A stretch of 64,000 nt of DNA, taken from NCBI GenBank assembly GCA_031414475.1, contig JANNVO010000053.1:641-64640 (forward strand). Direction: 5' to 3'. Every line of letters starts with the position of its first letter. Positions within the stretch are counted from its first letter, which is position 1. The notes beneath the pieces are model-generated. The model did not search any database. It was not told the origin of the DNA and saw only the letters and a list, made by a program, of their open reading frames with translations. Below, one piece after another: positions 10,486 through 21,200 of this stretch. The DNA comes from Rickettsiales bacterium (GTDB lineage: Bacteria; Pseudomonadota; Alphaproteobacteria; Rickettsiales; Rickettsiaceae). Made by a program: the position numbers and the translations under genes.

Positions 10486-10983
10486 TTATAGTATAGAACC
10501 TATTTCGTTCAGTTTTTTCTGCAGATCATCTTTGCTCATCTGCTCCAGCTGCAGGCTGAAAAAAGCTTTAATCCGACGATCCAGTATGGAAAAAACACGA
10601 TCGAATTCTGCCTCAATCTCTGCGGGTGTACCCTGGAAGTGTGCGGGATCTGGCACTCCCCAATGCGTTTTAATAGTTTTGCTAGGAAATATCGGACAGA
10701 CTTCGCCAACGGCGTTGTCACAGACGGTAATCAAAATGTCAATTGGCTGGTTAAAATTATTATTAGATGTGAATTCATTCAACGATTTACTGCGATAGCC
10801 TTGATCGTTCATACCGTGGCGTTTTAATATAGCCAGACTCATTGGATGTACTTTGCCCACCGGGAAAATACCAGCGCTAAAAGCGAGGATTTTGTCTTTG
10901 CCGTAATGATTGAAAATTCCTTCAGCCATTACGCTACGACAGCTATTGCGTATGCAAAGAACTAGAATATTTAACATAAACAA
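10486..10983 (-). CDS. arsC: Arsenate reductase, LMW-PTP family
   Basis: P-loop CIRNSCRS, ITVCDNAVGEVCP and HWGVPDP motifs. Confidence 0.88.
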   Translation of the reverse strand: MFMLNILVLCIRNSCRSVMAEGIFNHYGKDKILAFSAGIFPVGKVHPMSLAILKRHGMNDQGYRSKSLNEFTSNNNFNQPIDILITVCDNAVGEVCPIFPSKTIKTHWGVPDPAHFQGTPAEIEAEFDRVFSILDRRIKAFFSLQLEQMSKDDLQKKLNEIGSIL

Positions 10984-11131
10984 CCTGCCTTTGATTTTTG
11001 ATATTTACATTTTATAAAAGTGGTAAGGCAATCATTCAATGATTTAAAGGTTTAGTATAATATTAATACTTATATAGTATACAATCACTTAACTTTAATA
11101 TTAAGTGTATTGATTAATCCTACTATCTAAT

Positions 11132-11764
11132 TTAATGCTTATGGTTAGAAGAGCCATGACCCTTCATCGAATCTAGTGTAGTTTCGTTAGATTTTTTTGG
11201 ATTGTTATTATGCATTACATGCTCATTGTCTTTTATATTAATATTGTGCCCTTCCTGTATTTGCATATCTTCATGTGGTTCACTTTCGCCGCCTTCATGC
11301 TGATGAGAGTCAGTATTTGGTAAAGACACCACTCCTACACCATATCGATAAACCGCTTCAGCGCCTTTCCATCCAGTGATAGATAGCAATAAAGTTGTTA
11401 GAACCAAACAACTTATAAACAATAGATTTTGTTTTTTGTCAGTACGATATAATTTAATGGACCAAAGCGTTAAAACTAAAAAAATGGATGCTGTAACAAG
11501 CGCCCAATTTCTATGGTCAGTCATAGCAGCGTGCGACGGCTCATCGTGAGCTACTGTGTTGTAAGCATAAAATCCTGCTGCAACAGTTATAAAAGTAAAT
11601 AGACATCCTAACCATAAATTAATATAGCCGGCTTCTAAGACTTTTGATTTAAAGTCATTTGTGATAAATAGACTGCTCACAATTAACATCGTCGCTATAG
11701 AAAATAAAGCAATCGTAAAATGAACAAAAATAGGATGCCAATTTGGTATTATTTCTGGAAACAT
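11132..11764 (-). CDS. DUF2231-like membrane protein with His-rich tail
   Basis: PNWHPIFVHFTIAL, conserved H before TM3, GWKGAEAVYRYGVGV; HQH and HKH in the tail. Confidence 0.8.
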   Translation of the reverse strand: MFPEIIPNWHPIFVHFTIALFSIATMLIVSSLFITNDFKSKVLEAGYINLWLGCLFTFITVAAGFYAYNTVAHDEPSHAAMTDHRNWALVTASIFLVLTLWSIKLYRTDKKQNLLFISCLVLTTLLLSITGWKGAEAVYRYGVGVVSLPNTDSHQHEGGESEPHEDMQIQEGHNINIKDNEHVMHNNNPKKSNETTLDSMKGHGSSNHKH

Positions 11765-11778
11765 AAGTACTCCTTGAG

Positions 11779-14187
11779 TTAAAATCTTAAGGCTAAGCCC
11801 AGTCCAAAACGCTCTCTTAAGTCATAATTGCCTGAAATGTAAACCTGTTTCGTTATGGCGTAACTAAGTCCAAGTGTATATTCTTTTTCTGTGTTCCATT
11901 GCCAATCAAAAGATACTTTATTTGTTAATTGATGTTCATTTGCTAATCCAAAACGTAATTTGCCTTTTGTATTAATTCGCAAATCAGCTTTAACCAGGAA
12001 AGGAAGTGTATACTCTACCCCTAAAATACCTCGGTTGGAAATTTTGCCATCTTCACGTTCAAACTTACCACCCGTATAAAAACCTAAAAATTGCGATACA
12101 TATCTTTGATAAATAAGTTCTCCTTCATAATCTTTTTTGTAGTTATGACGAAAATCTGCAATAAAGTTATCATTATTTCTCATGAGTTTTGTTGTAGCGT
12201 TAGCAAAATTAGAATATCCTTCTAATTTTGTTGCATTAAACCATATGTTGCCATGTTCTGATGAGTGATCTCCTGCGTGGTCCATAAGCGCTGGATTATG
12301 TTGTGTTCCTTCGTAATGAATCACTCCGCCCATTCCTAATTTCATATGGTAAAGATTATGACAATGAAATATCCAATCTTTTTCCTCATTCGCATCAAAT
12401 TCAATTTCTACAGTTTCAAACGGCGAAACATTCACTGTATGCTTGAGCGGACTATATTCGCCTTGGCCATTTAAAACTCTAAAGAAGTGTCCGTGTAAAT
12501 GGATGGGGTGGTTCATCATTGTTTCGTTAACAAGCGCAAATTTTACATTTTCTCCTCGTTTGATAACAATTTGGTCTGCTGCATACATTGGAGTATCGTT
12601 AACAGTCCAAACATATCTTTCCATTGATCCACTTAATCTCAGTATTACGGTTCTAGTTGGATGATTTTTAGGTAAAGTAGTTATGGTTGGAGATTTGATT
12701 GATTGATAATTATTTAGAAAATCGATGTGAGGTAATTTTTTATTGCTTTGACTCGATGCTTCACTTTTCATTTTCATGTTATCAGAACCTGACTCTTGTA
12801 TGCTTTGCATTGCGGAATGATCCATGCCCTCCATATCATTCATTTCGTTCTGAGGTCTCTTAGCCTTAACTGCTTTCGTATCTATATTAGCTGTCGAGGA
12901 AACAGACATATCCATACCTTTACCTTGATGCATAGAATGATCTTGCATCTTGTCCTCCATTTTTATTTTAGCCTTTGTTGTGGAAGTTTGTTTATTAGAA
13001 TCAGGTTTCTCTTGGTTCTGGACTTTATTGTGTACAGAGTGATTCATCTCCCGCATACCAGACATATCCATAGAACTATGAGCTTTATTATTTTCTGTCA
13101 TAGGCATTTTCATATTGCTCATGTCATGACCACCCATAATGCCGTGATCCATCCCTCCCATCATATCCATAAGAACCAAATTTGGTTTTGGATATGTAGA
13201 TGCAGGAAGTAAGTTCCCATGACCAATATGAGCTACAGCATACCCAGTACCATCTTCTGCTGATACTCTAAATTCATACGTTTTATTTTCTGGGACAGTA
13301 ACAATAACATCATAGGTTTCTGCCATAGCTATTCGTATTTTCTGAGCGGTGAATGGGTCGACTTTCACACCATCAGATTCAATAACTTTCATTGGGCCCC
13401 CTGAATACTCAAAAATGAAGTATGATGAGGCTGCAGCATTAATGATTCTAAGCTTAACCCGCGTGCCTGGTTTTGCATGGCTGAGAATGGAAGATTTTTT
13501 GCCATTAATCAAAAATGCATCATATCCGATATCTGACATATCCATAGGACCCATACGCCTCCATGCATTTTTTATTCTAATTTTTACTGCTTCAGAGCCA
13601 TTTTCAAGAACCTTGATCCAGGACTGAACAGAATCTTTTTTAAAGGCGTAATAGTCTGAGTCTTTTTTTAGATTAGCCAAAACCTGGTAGGGATTTTCGT
13701 TTGTCCAATCAGATAAAACAAGTACATGTTCTTCATCATAATCTTTTGCCTCTTGCTTAGGATAAAATATAAGAGAACCGTAGATGCCTTGCTGCTCTTG
13801 CAGTGCAGAATGGGCATGATACCAATATGTTCCACTATGTTTGATAGGAAATTCATATGTGAAAATTTCTCCAACTTTAATAGGTAAACTATTTACATAT
13901 GGAACACCATCCATGTTATTTGGAACAAGTACACCATGCCAATGTATAGATGTATCAGTATCAAGGTTGTTTGTGACTGTTACACGCAATGTATCACCTA
14001 CTTTTGCTTTCAAAGTAGGCCCTGGTATTAAATCATTTAATGCTAAAGCATTTGCTTCTTTACCAGATATGTTGACTTTTTTTTCTGATACACACAATTT
14101 ATATTCAACTATTTTTGCATAAGAGGGGTAGGCAGATAGGAGGATAGGAAGCAATATTACTAAGTAGCGAAGCAAGTTCTTTATCAT
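11779..14187 (-). CDS. copA: CopA-type multicopper oxidase fused to a C-terminal beta-barrel-like domain
   Basis: Cu ligands HWHG, WYHAH, HPIHLHGH, HCHNLYHM; Met/His-rich linker; signal peptide; terminal LGLALRF; GGAGG RBS before ATG 14187. Confidence 0.9.
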   Translation of the reverse strand: MIKNLLRYLVILLPILLSAYPSYAKIVEYKLCVSEKKVNISGKEANALALNDLIPGPTLKAKVGDTLRVTVTNNLDTDTSIHWHGVLVPNNMDGVPYVNSLPIKVGEIFTYEFPIKHSGTYWYHAHSALQEQQGIYGSLIFYPKQEAKDYDEEHVLVLSDWTNENPYQVLANLKKDSDYYAFKKDSVQSWIKVLENGSEAVKIRIKNAWRRMGPMDMSDIGYDAFLINGKKSSILSHAKPGTRVKLRIINAAASSYFIFEYSGGPMKVIESDGVKVDPFTAQKIRIAMAETYDVIVTVPENKTYEFRVSAEDGTGYAVAHIGHGNLLPASTYPKPNLVLMDMMGGMDHGIMGGHDMSNMKMPMTENNKAHSSMDMSGMREMNHSVHNKVQNQEKPDSNKQTSTTKAKIKMEDKMQDHSMHQGKGMDMSVSSTANIDTKAVKAKRPQNEMNDMEGMDHSAMQSIQESGSDNMKMKSEASSQSNKKLPHIDFLNNYQSIKSPTITTLPKNHPTRTVILRLSGSMERYVWTVNDTPMYAADQIVIKRGENVKFALVNETMMNHPIHLHGHFFRVLNGQGEYSPLKHTVNVSPFETVEIEFDANEEKDWIFHCHNLYHMKLGMGGVIHYEGTQHNPALMDHAGDHSSEHGNIWFNATKLEGYSNFANATTKLMRNNDNFIADFRHNYKKDYEGELIYQRYVSQFLGFYTGGKFEREDGKISNRGILGVEYTLPFLVKADLRINTKGKLRFGLANEHQLTNKVSFDWQWNTEKEYTLGLSYAITKQVYISGNYDLRERFGLGLALRF

Positions 14188-14855
14188 TTTTATTTTTAAC
14201 CTCCCCACATCCCTAAATTTTAGTTTAATTTAGTTTGAATTAGACTAACCAACTCTCAATAGAAGAATGCATATCTATTTTTGTCAATTTGTCTTTGGTA
14301 AAGTAAGGGGATTTAAAACTAAGAATTGAGAGCTTGTGATATTTAGGTTGGTATAAATCCCATAGTGTAGACTCTAATTAGGCTATGAGAAAATCTATAA
14401 ATTATGCTTTTAGCGGTCAAATAGAAGAAGCTCCATAAATGTTGTTTTCAAGTTAAGTATTAGCAGGATTAAATCTATTATAGAAATGGATGGATTAACA
14501 CACACAACTTTCGCTGATTTACTAAATGTTCAATCTAATTTACTACAGCTGTAGAGGTAGAATTAAATAACAACTATTCTACATTAGTAGATAATTTTAG
14601 TAACTAAGAATCTCAATATATTAATGACTTTGCTAAATAACCACCGTGCTTTAAAGCTTTAGTGGCTATCAATGATTTATTATGGCTTAAATTGCCCATT
14701 TTACTACTAATTATCCTATGCTTTGTTTTTTCTCTACGCCTTTTTGTATAGCATTTTTTTAGTTAGTCTAAAAGCTATTATATCTTTTACCTACATTCCC
14801 AAGGATAATTCTATTAAATTTACTTTCATAATATAAAGTAACTACATTTTATTTC

Positions 14856-14893
14856 AAGACCGTACTTTTCCGCACGAATGGGGCTGGTACCCC
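14856..14893 (-). repeat. Tn3-family right terminal IR
   Basis: Reverse complement GGGGTACCAGCCCCATTCGTGCGGAAAAGTACGGTCTT. Confidence 0.9.
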
Positions 14894-15149
14894 ATCTTGG
14901 CATTTTGAATGTATGTGAAAGCAATAGCATATTTCCTCGTTGTCTACCATGCATATTTTATTTGTATCTGAATTAAAGAAACTTCTTTTTTCAGATGTCC
15001 TTTTAACTAAATTCTTCACAGAGCTGACGCAGGTTAGTAGGGGAGAACTCCCCTTATGCCAGCCCTTTTTCCATTGGCTAAAATAATCCTATAGACGAGT
15101 TCGTAGTAGTTGAAAGTTGATGCATGATTTGATAATATGTTTGATATTC

Positions 15150-15195
15150 CCAACGGGCGCAATACACGAATATTTCATTACATGAAAATTCGTCT
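15150..15195 (-). promoter_or_regulatory. Putative oriT (MOBQ/Ti-plasmid type)
   Basis: Minus strand: imperfect hairpin ACGAATTTTCAT-GTA-ATGAAATATTCGT followed by GTATTGCGCCCG, like MOBQ nic regions; about 95 bp upstream of the relaxase. Confidence 0.7.
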
Positions 15196-15288
15196 GCGCT
15201 TAAGGATTGGAAGTCCTTTTGAGTAAAAGATTTTGAGGACAAAAAAAGATAAGGAAACTGCAGTCAAACAAGTGAGCAACACAAACTA

Positions 15289-18200
15289 ATGGCAATATTA
15301 TTTGGCAGAGTTAGTAACGTTAGTAGAGGCGGTGGCAACAGTGCCATTAAAGCTGCTGCTTATAGAAGTTGCTCACAGCTAACATTAAATGCAACTGACG
15401 CTGATACTAATATTACTGTAGGTTTGACATGGGACTATAGCAAAAAAAGTGGTTTAGCCTATAGCCAAATTCATGCACCAGAAGATGCTCCTGAGTGGGT
15501 TTATGATCGCCAAACTCTATGGCAAAGAGTAGAAGATGTTGAAACAAAAAGTAATGCAAGACTAGCCGGTGAATATACAATTGCGCTGCCAAAAGAATTT
15601 ACCGCAGAGCAAAATATCGAATTTTTAAAAGAATTTGTTGAGAATGTTTTTGTCTCTAGAGGCATTGTTGTTGATGTGAACTTTCACAATGACAATAGTA
15701 AAAATCCACATGCGCATTTGATGTATGCGCTCAGGCAATTAGAAAAGTTTTTAGATGGAACAATAGATTTTGCCACTCATCGCTGCCGAGAATTACAAAC
15801 TAGGGCATTTCTTGAGGGTGTAATTAAAGAGGAACATAAGCAACTTTTAAACAAACATTTAATTAAAAATGGCTTTGAGGAACGCTTAGATTGGGGAGTA
15901 GTTCGTGGGCAAGAAGCAACCATTCACCATGGCGGAGTTAAAGAAGCGTACGCTAGAAACGAGCAAATTATCCGTAATAATGCTGATAAAATCATTGCTG
16001 ATCCGACCATTGTTATTGATAAACTGGACTTTAATAAGGCGGTATTTACTAAAGAAAATATCGCTAGTGAACTAGAAAAAGCTCTCTACATAACATTAAA
16101 AAATGTTGCCATAGCAGATAAGTCAGCTCTGGATATTTATATAAAAACTGAGCTAGCCGGCTTACTTGATACAGTTCTATTATCGCCTAAACTGACTTTG
16201 GTTAATCCATGCGATCTTAAAGGGAGAATGCTATTTGCAAAAACGGAGCAAGTAGAATTAGAGCAAAGACTGGTCAGCAACATTGGTGAATTAGCTAAAA
16301 ATAATGACCATGCTCTGGCAATTAGTGAGCAAGATATTGCAGAGTATAAAAAAGGTAGTTCATTCTCTAGGCAGCAGAAAGAGGCGATAATCGGTATCTG
16401 CAACGGTCATGATTTAGCTGTTTTGGAGGGGTGGCCCGGCTCTGGTAAATCGACAGTGACCAAGGAGATAGTGCGTCAGTACCAGAGTCTTGGCTACAAT
16501 ATTGTGGCAGCAGCACCAACTAATAAGGCGGCGCAAGAGCTTGAAGCAAAACTTGGTATTAAGGTACATACAACAGCGTCGCTCAGGATGAAATGGCAAC
16601 ATGAGCGCGGGATGGAGAAAGTGTCTGTTGGCCTTGATAGCAACTATTATAAAGACCCATTTTATAGTGTGAAAGATGGGGCGTTATCGGCAAAAACCCT
16701 GCTTGTGCTGGATGAGGCAAGTATGCTGGATGTGGCGACATCGGATTACTTTGTATCTGAAGTCAAAAAGTCTGATGCTAAGTTATTAGCCCTTGGCGAC
16801 AATAATCAGAATCAGGCAATAGGTTCTAAGGGAGCATTTGCTAGAATGGGGGATGTTGCTGGTCGTAATATCTTGAGCGAAGTGAATCGTCATAAGAATA
16901 AGGACGAAGAGATAAGACAATTACATATTGAGGCGACCTCGGTACTGTGTAATTATCAAGTATCCAAGGCAATATCTATCTATGAGCAGCTCGGTAAAAT
17001 CAATATCTTGGACAACGAGACTGATAAGGAACAGGCGCTTGCTACCGAGTATGTGAAGCAATCAATGTCAATTGCTAAAGAAGAAGGGATTGGCCTAAAT
17101 GAGGCGGTGAAAAAAATAGTTATTAGCGCCTATACCAATGAGGAGATTGGCAGTTTAAATGGCTTAATTCGTGATTCGTTTAAAAGAGCTGGTGTCTTAA
17201 GCCAAGGTAATAAGTTCATTTCTGGCGGGGTACATGGCAATTCTACTTTTGTAGAATTGGCGGAAGGTGACCGCATAATCTTCACCGGTAATTTAAAGGA
17301 AAAAGAGGGCATTGGTGGTGTTTTAAACAACGAGCTTGCAACTGTTCGCAAACTGATCAAAGTAGATGAGATGGGAGTGGGTGAGTTTCTGGTCGATGTG
17401 GAGGGGGCAACAGGAGTGCGCAGTGCTCTAATACGCACGGGAGAGCAGGGGCGAATAGTCACCTTTAGGCATGGTTATGCGGTAACGAATCATGCAGTAC
17501 AGGGAGCGACAGTGCCCTACAAGATATTTTCGATAGATCGATATAGTGGTTATGAATCTACTTTGGTTGGTCTAACTCGTCATGAACTGGATTGTCAGAT
17601 CTTTGCAGCTAAAGATACACTTGAGAATGAGGTATATAAAACAAAAGATCTGGATGTAGAGGCAGTGCGGCAAGAGTTTCAGGCTATAGGTTATGAGTAT
17701 GTTCAGAAATTCAATGATGAGGGTAAGGAATACTGGAAAAAAGAAGACGTGCCTTTATGGAAGTTAGGGCTTGGTTTGCTGACGACCAAACGCAGTGACT
17801 TAAGTTTTGCTATAGATGCTTCTTATGGACATGAATCGATAGGGTTGCAGAAACAATTAAGCGCTCATCAGGTACAATTAGAGGCTTTAAGAGTTGATTT
17901 AAATGGACACGAACAAGAGCTAACAAAATTTGAAACCGCAGCAAACACAAAGCTGTTAATGGTTGATAGTGAGCAGACACAATTTGAGACATTTGCTAAA
18001 GAACATTTTAAAGTTACAGAAGATATTGTATTTGACGTAACTAAGGTCATGTCCGCGCCAGAAAAGTTTAAGGTAAGTGGTACGGTTGGTAATAGTCATG
18101 ATTTAGAGAATCACTTAATGGCCTTAAAGGGCGGTATTCATTTCCAAGGGCAAACAACTGCACTTAATTGGAGCGATCTGCCCAAACAAGATCAGGATTT

Positions 18201-21200
18201 GTTATTGTGGAGTTATATAGACAAAGAAGAGAGAGCGGGGCTGGAGCAGCATTTTGCCAAATCACAAAGTCTTAAAGAAGAGATTTTAGATAAGGCTCAG
18301 GATGCAAGCGAGATATGGGATAAATTAAAAGAATCTGGTTTGCAAGGACATGAATCATTAACTGGCAATTATGCGAATGTAAAAGATTATCTAGCGGCAA
18401 GATTGAGGGTTAAGGAATCATTTGAGCAGCAGGAAATATTCAACAGGCAGTTATCATCGGCTAAAATACAGCGTCTATTAGTGGCGGCAATTGAGGACAA
18501 ATACTCATTAAAGCTCCAGTTTGTAGCTACTGATGTGAGCAGCATTGGCGAGGCTAGTAAAAGTTTTGAGGGGAAGAAAGAAAAATCAGATGAAGAGCAA
18601 CTAAAGAAAGACCCAAAATATCAGTCAAATTCTATAGAATTTGACCGCACGATATATTTGCAAAAATTAAAGAAAAATGCCGTCTTTAAAGAGATTATCA
18701 GCAACAGCAATTTATTTGTCGCCGATATATTGCATTCGGCAACAGAAGGAACGCCACTGCATGACTTGGCAAGGGCTATTGATACAAATGACAAAGAAGT
18801 GGCTTTGGCCAAATCGCAACGCGCGGAAACATCTAATAAGATATTAGCTAATTGGCATGGGAGTGTTGATGATAATGTTGAGAAAGATAATAGTAAAGCC
18901 AAATTCTCCAAGATAACTGCTCAGTTAAACATTAATTATAATACGCTCCAGAAGCATGCAGGACATACGACTGCAAAGCATTATTTTAACAAACTAGCAA
19001 ATAATAGCTTAGGCAATAATAGTGATTACCAGGAAGTCATGCAGGCGACATACAAAGCCGGCAAACAGGAATTAAGCGCAGCTGAGATTAGTGATTTAAT
19101 TAAGGCGCATGATGGTCTTTGTGAGCACGTTCAATTGACAACTGCTTATATAGAGGAGCTCAAGCTAGAACGTTTGAAAGTACAAAATAATCTAAACAGC
19201 AGCAAATTTAGATTAAAGGAATTTGCATCTTATCAAGAAATAGAGTTTCCGCATTTTATTGGTACTTTATATAAGGATGAGAGTAGCGTTGTTGTAGCCA
19301 AGTTTAATGAGTTACTTAAAGAGAGTAACGATCCGATTCAGCTAGCTTCGGTTATTAGCCGTAACCCGGAGATGTTGGGCTGCGTGAAAGCCCGTAGTTT
19401 AATTGCCAAAATATTTGGCTCTGATGAGAGAAAAGCGGTTGATATAAATTTGGTTAAATTAGGTAGTAGACTATCTCAATACATAAAAGGCAAAAATGAA
19501 ATGCAGCAATTACAGCAAGATGAGCAGAGCGGAAAATATGTAGCTAGGTTATCGGAGATAGACAAGGAGCTTGGGCTTTTGCGTGCTGCATTGCCGAGCT
19601 CGCAAGAGATTGCTGTCCTTGAGGATATAGGCAAAATGCAGTCGCGTATATTAAAGGGCAGTGACAGCACCATTGCTATTGATAAATTCAGCAAAGAAAT
19701 AAACAAATTACTTGGTGATGATAATGCGCAGGACGCATTGTTTAGCTATCAAACCAAACACAATGTATTTTTTGCTAACAACAAAACTAAGCAAGAGAAG
19801 GGAGCAAATGCCGAGGTTAATGAGTTAAAGCAAGAATTACAGCAAAAAGCTGTATACATCAAAAATGGTCAAAATAACAAACAAAGCAACAACTCTTCTC
19901 TAACATTTGATGAAGTCAAGAATGGGCTAAACCAGACAATAGTAGCTGAGATATTTCGCCAATATGCGCTAATCCATAATGCGGACGGCAAGATACAGAA
20001 ACGAGGAACTCATATCTCCTGTGGCAGTTTGAGTATGGATCTTGGCAATAAGCTTGGCTTATGGAAGAGATTTAGTGATGGGACGAAGGGGGACATATTT
20101 TCCTTTGTAGAAAAAGCAACCGGTTGCAGTAAGTTTGAGTCATTAGAGATCGTGGCAAATCATGCCGGTATCGCCCCTACAGCAAAAGGCGAGTTTAAAA
20201 CTTCAATCGCAAATAATGTCCAGACAAAAGCAATAAGTAATATTGAATCTAAGCCAAGGGATGAGTGGATAGCGCAAGGGGTAATAGAAGCAAACATTGC
20301 CGAGGCATTTAATCCTACAAAAGATTTAGCGTTTTTGGTCAAGAAAGGCAAGCTAGCGACAGGTAATGCAATAGCTAATAATAAAATAACCAATACATAT
20401 GAATACAGAAATATAGATAGCAAGCTTCTAGGGTTTGCAGTACGCATAGAGGAAGGCGGAACTGGCAATAAAAAGGTGCTGCCTGTAGCTTATTGCCACA
20501 ATGAGGCAAGCGGTAAATCACGCTGGATGTCAAAGGGCTTTAGTGACAATGGAACTAAGCCGATATATGGTTTAGAAAAACTAGTACAGCACCCAAGCCA
20601 GCCAATATTAATAGTTGAAGGTGAGAAAACGGCGGACGCTGCGTTTAAGTTATTTGAGGATCATACGGTAATATCATGGATGGGAGGAGCGCAAAGTGTG
20701 GATAGGGTTGATTGGAGCAAGCTTAGCAATAAAATTGTAACTATCTGGCCTGATAACGATGCTCCAGGTATATCAGCGGCTAAAAACATAGCCGAGCATA
20801 TAGATAATCATAATGGATTTACCGGTCTTGTATCGGTCGTTGATACTAAATTACTGAACCTACCGCAAAAGTGGGATTTAGCTGACGATTTACCAAATCA
20901 CTTGGCTAAAGAACAACTTGATCAAATAGTGGTAAAGTCAAATATCTCCTCTAGCCAAGGATTGGGTGTGTTTAATCTTGAAGTGAGAGCTCAAGAACAA
21001 CGAAGCAATAGAGTTGCTCTAAGCTCGATTGATATGTTAGTAGAGACGGGCAGGATTGACAAGGATGAATATGCCTCAAAAGAAATATATCATGATACCA
21101 TGGTGGCCATTGCATCAAAACTTAACCTAAACCTGGCCGAATCAGATAGCTTTGTCTCCAATATTAGATCAATGCAGGATGAATACCAAAAGCTCCATAG

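Larger units (their letters stand above)
3635..14893. mobile_element. Tn3-family transposon (11,259 bp) with metal/ion homeostasis cargo
   Basis: 38-bp terminal IRs (34/38 identical) enclosing tnpA, tnpR and five cargo genes; no matching 5-bp TSD (TCCTA vs ATCTT). Confidence 0.88.

Noticed and set aside
3630-14898. Target-site duplication for the full Tn3 element
   Set aside because: The flanks TCCTA and ATCTT do not match.
14894-14950. Minus-strand MVDNEEICYCFHIHSKCQDG running into the Tn3 right IR, a possible truncated Cys-rich gene
   Set aside because: Only 20 codons; the CYCF similarity to BFD-like proteins is too weak.
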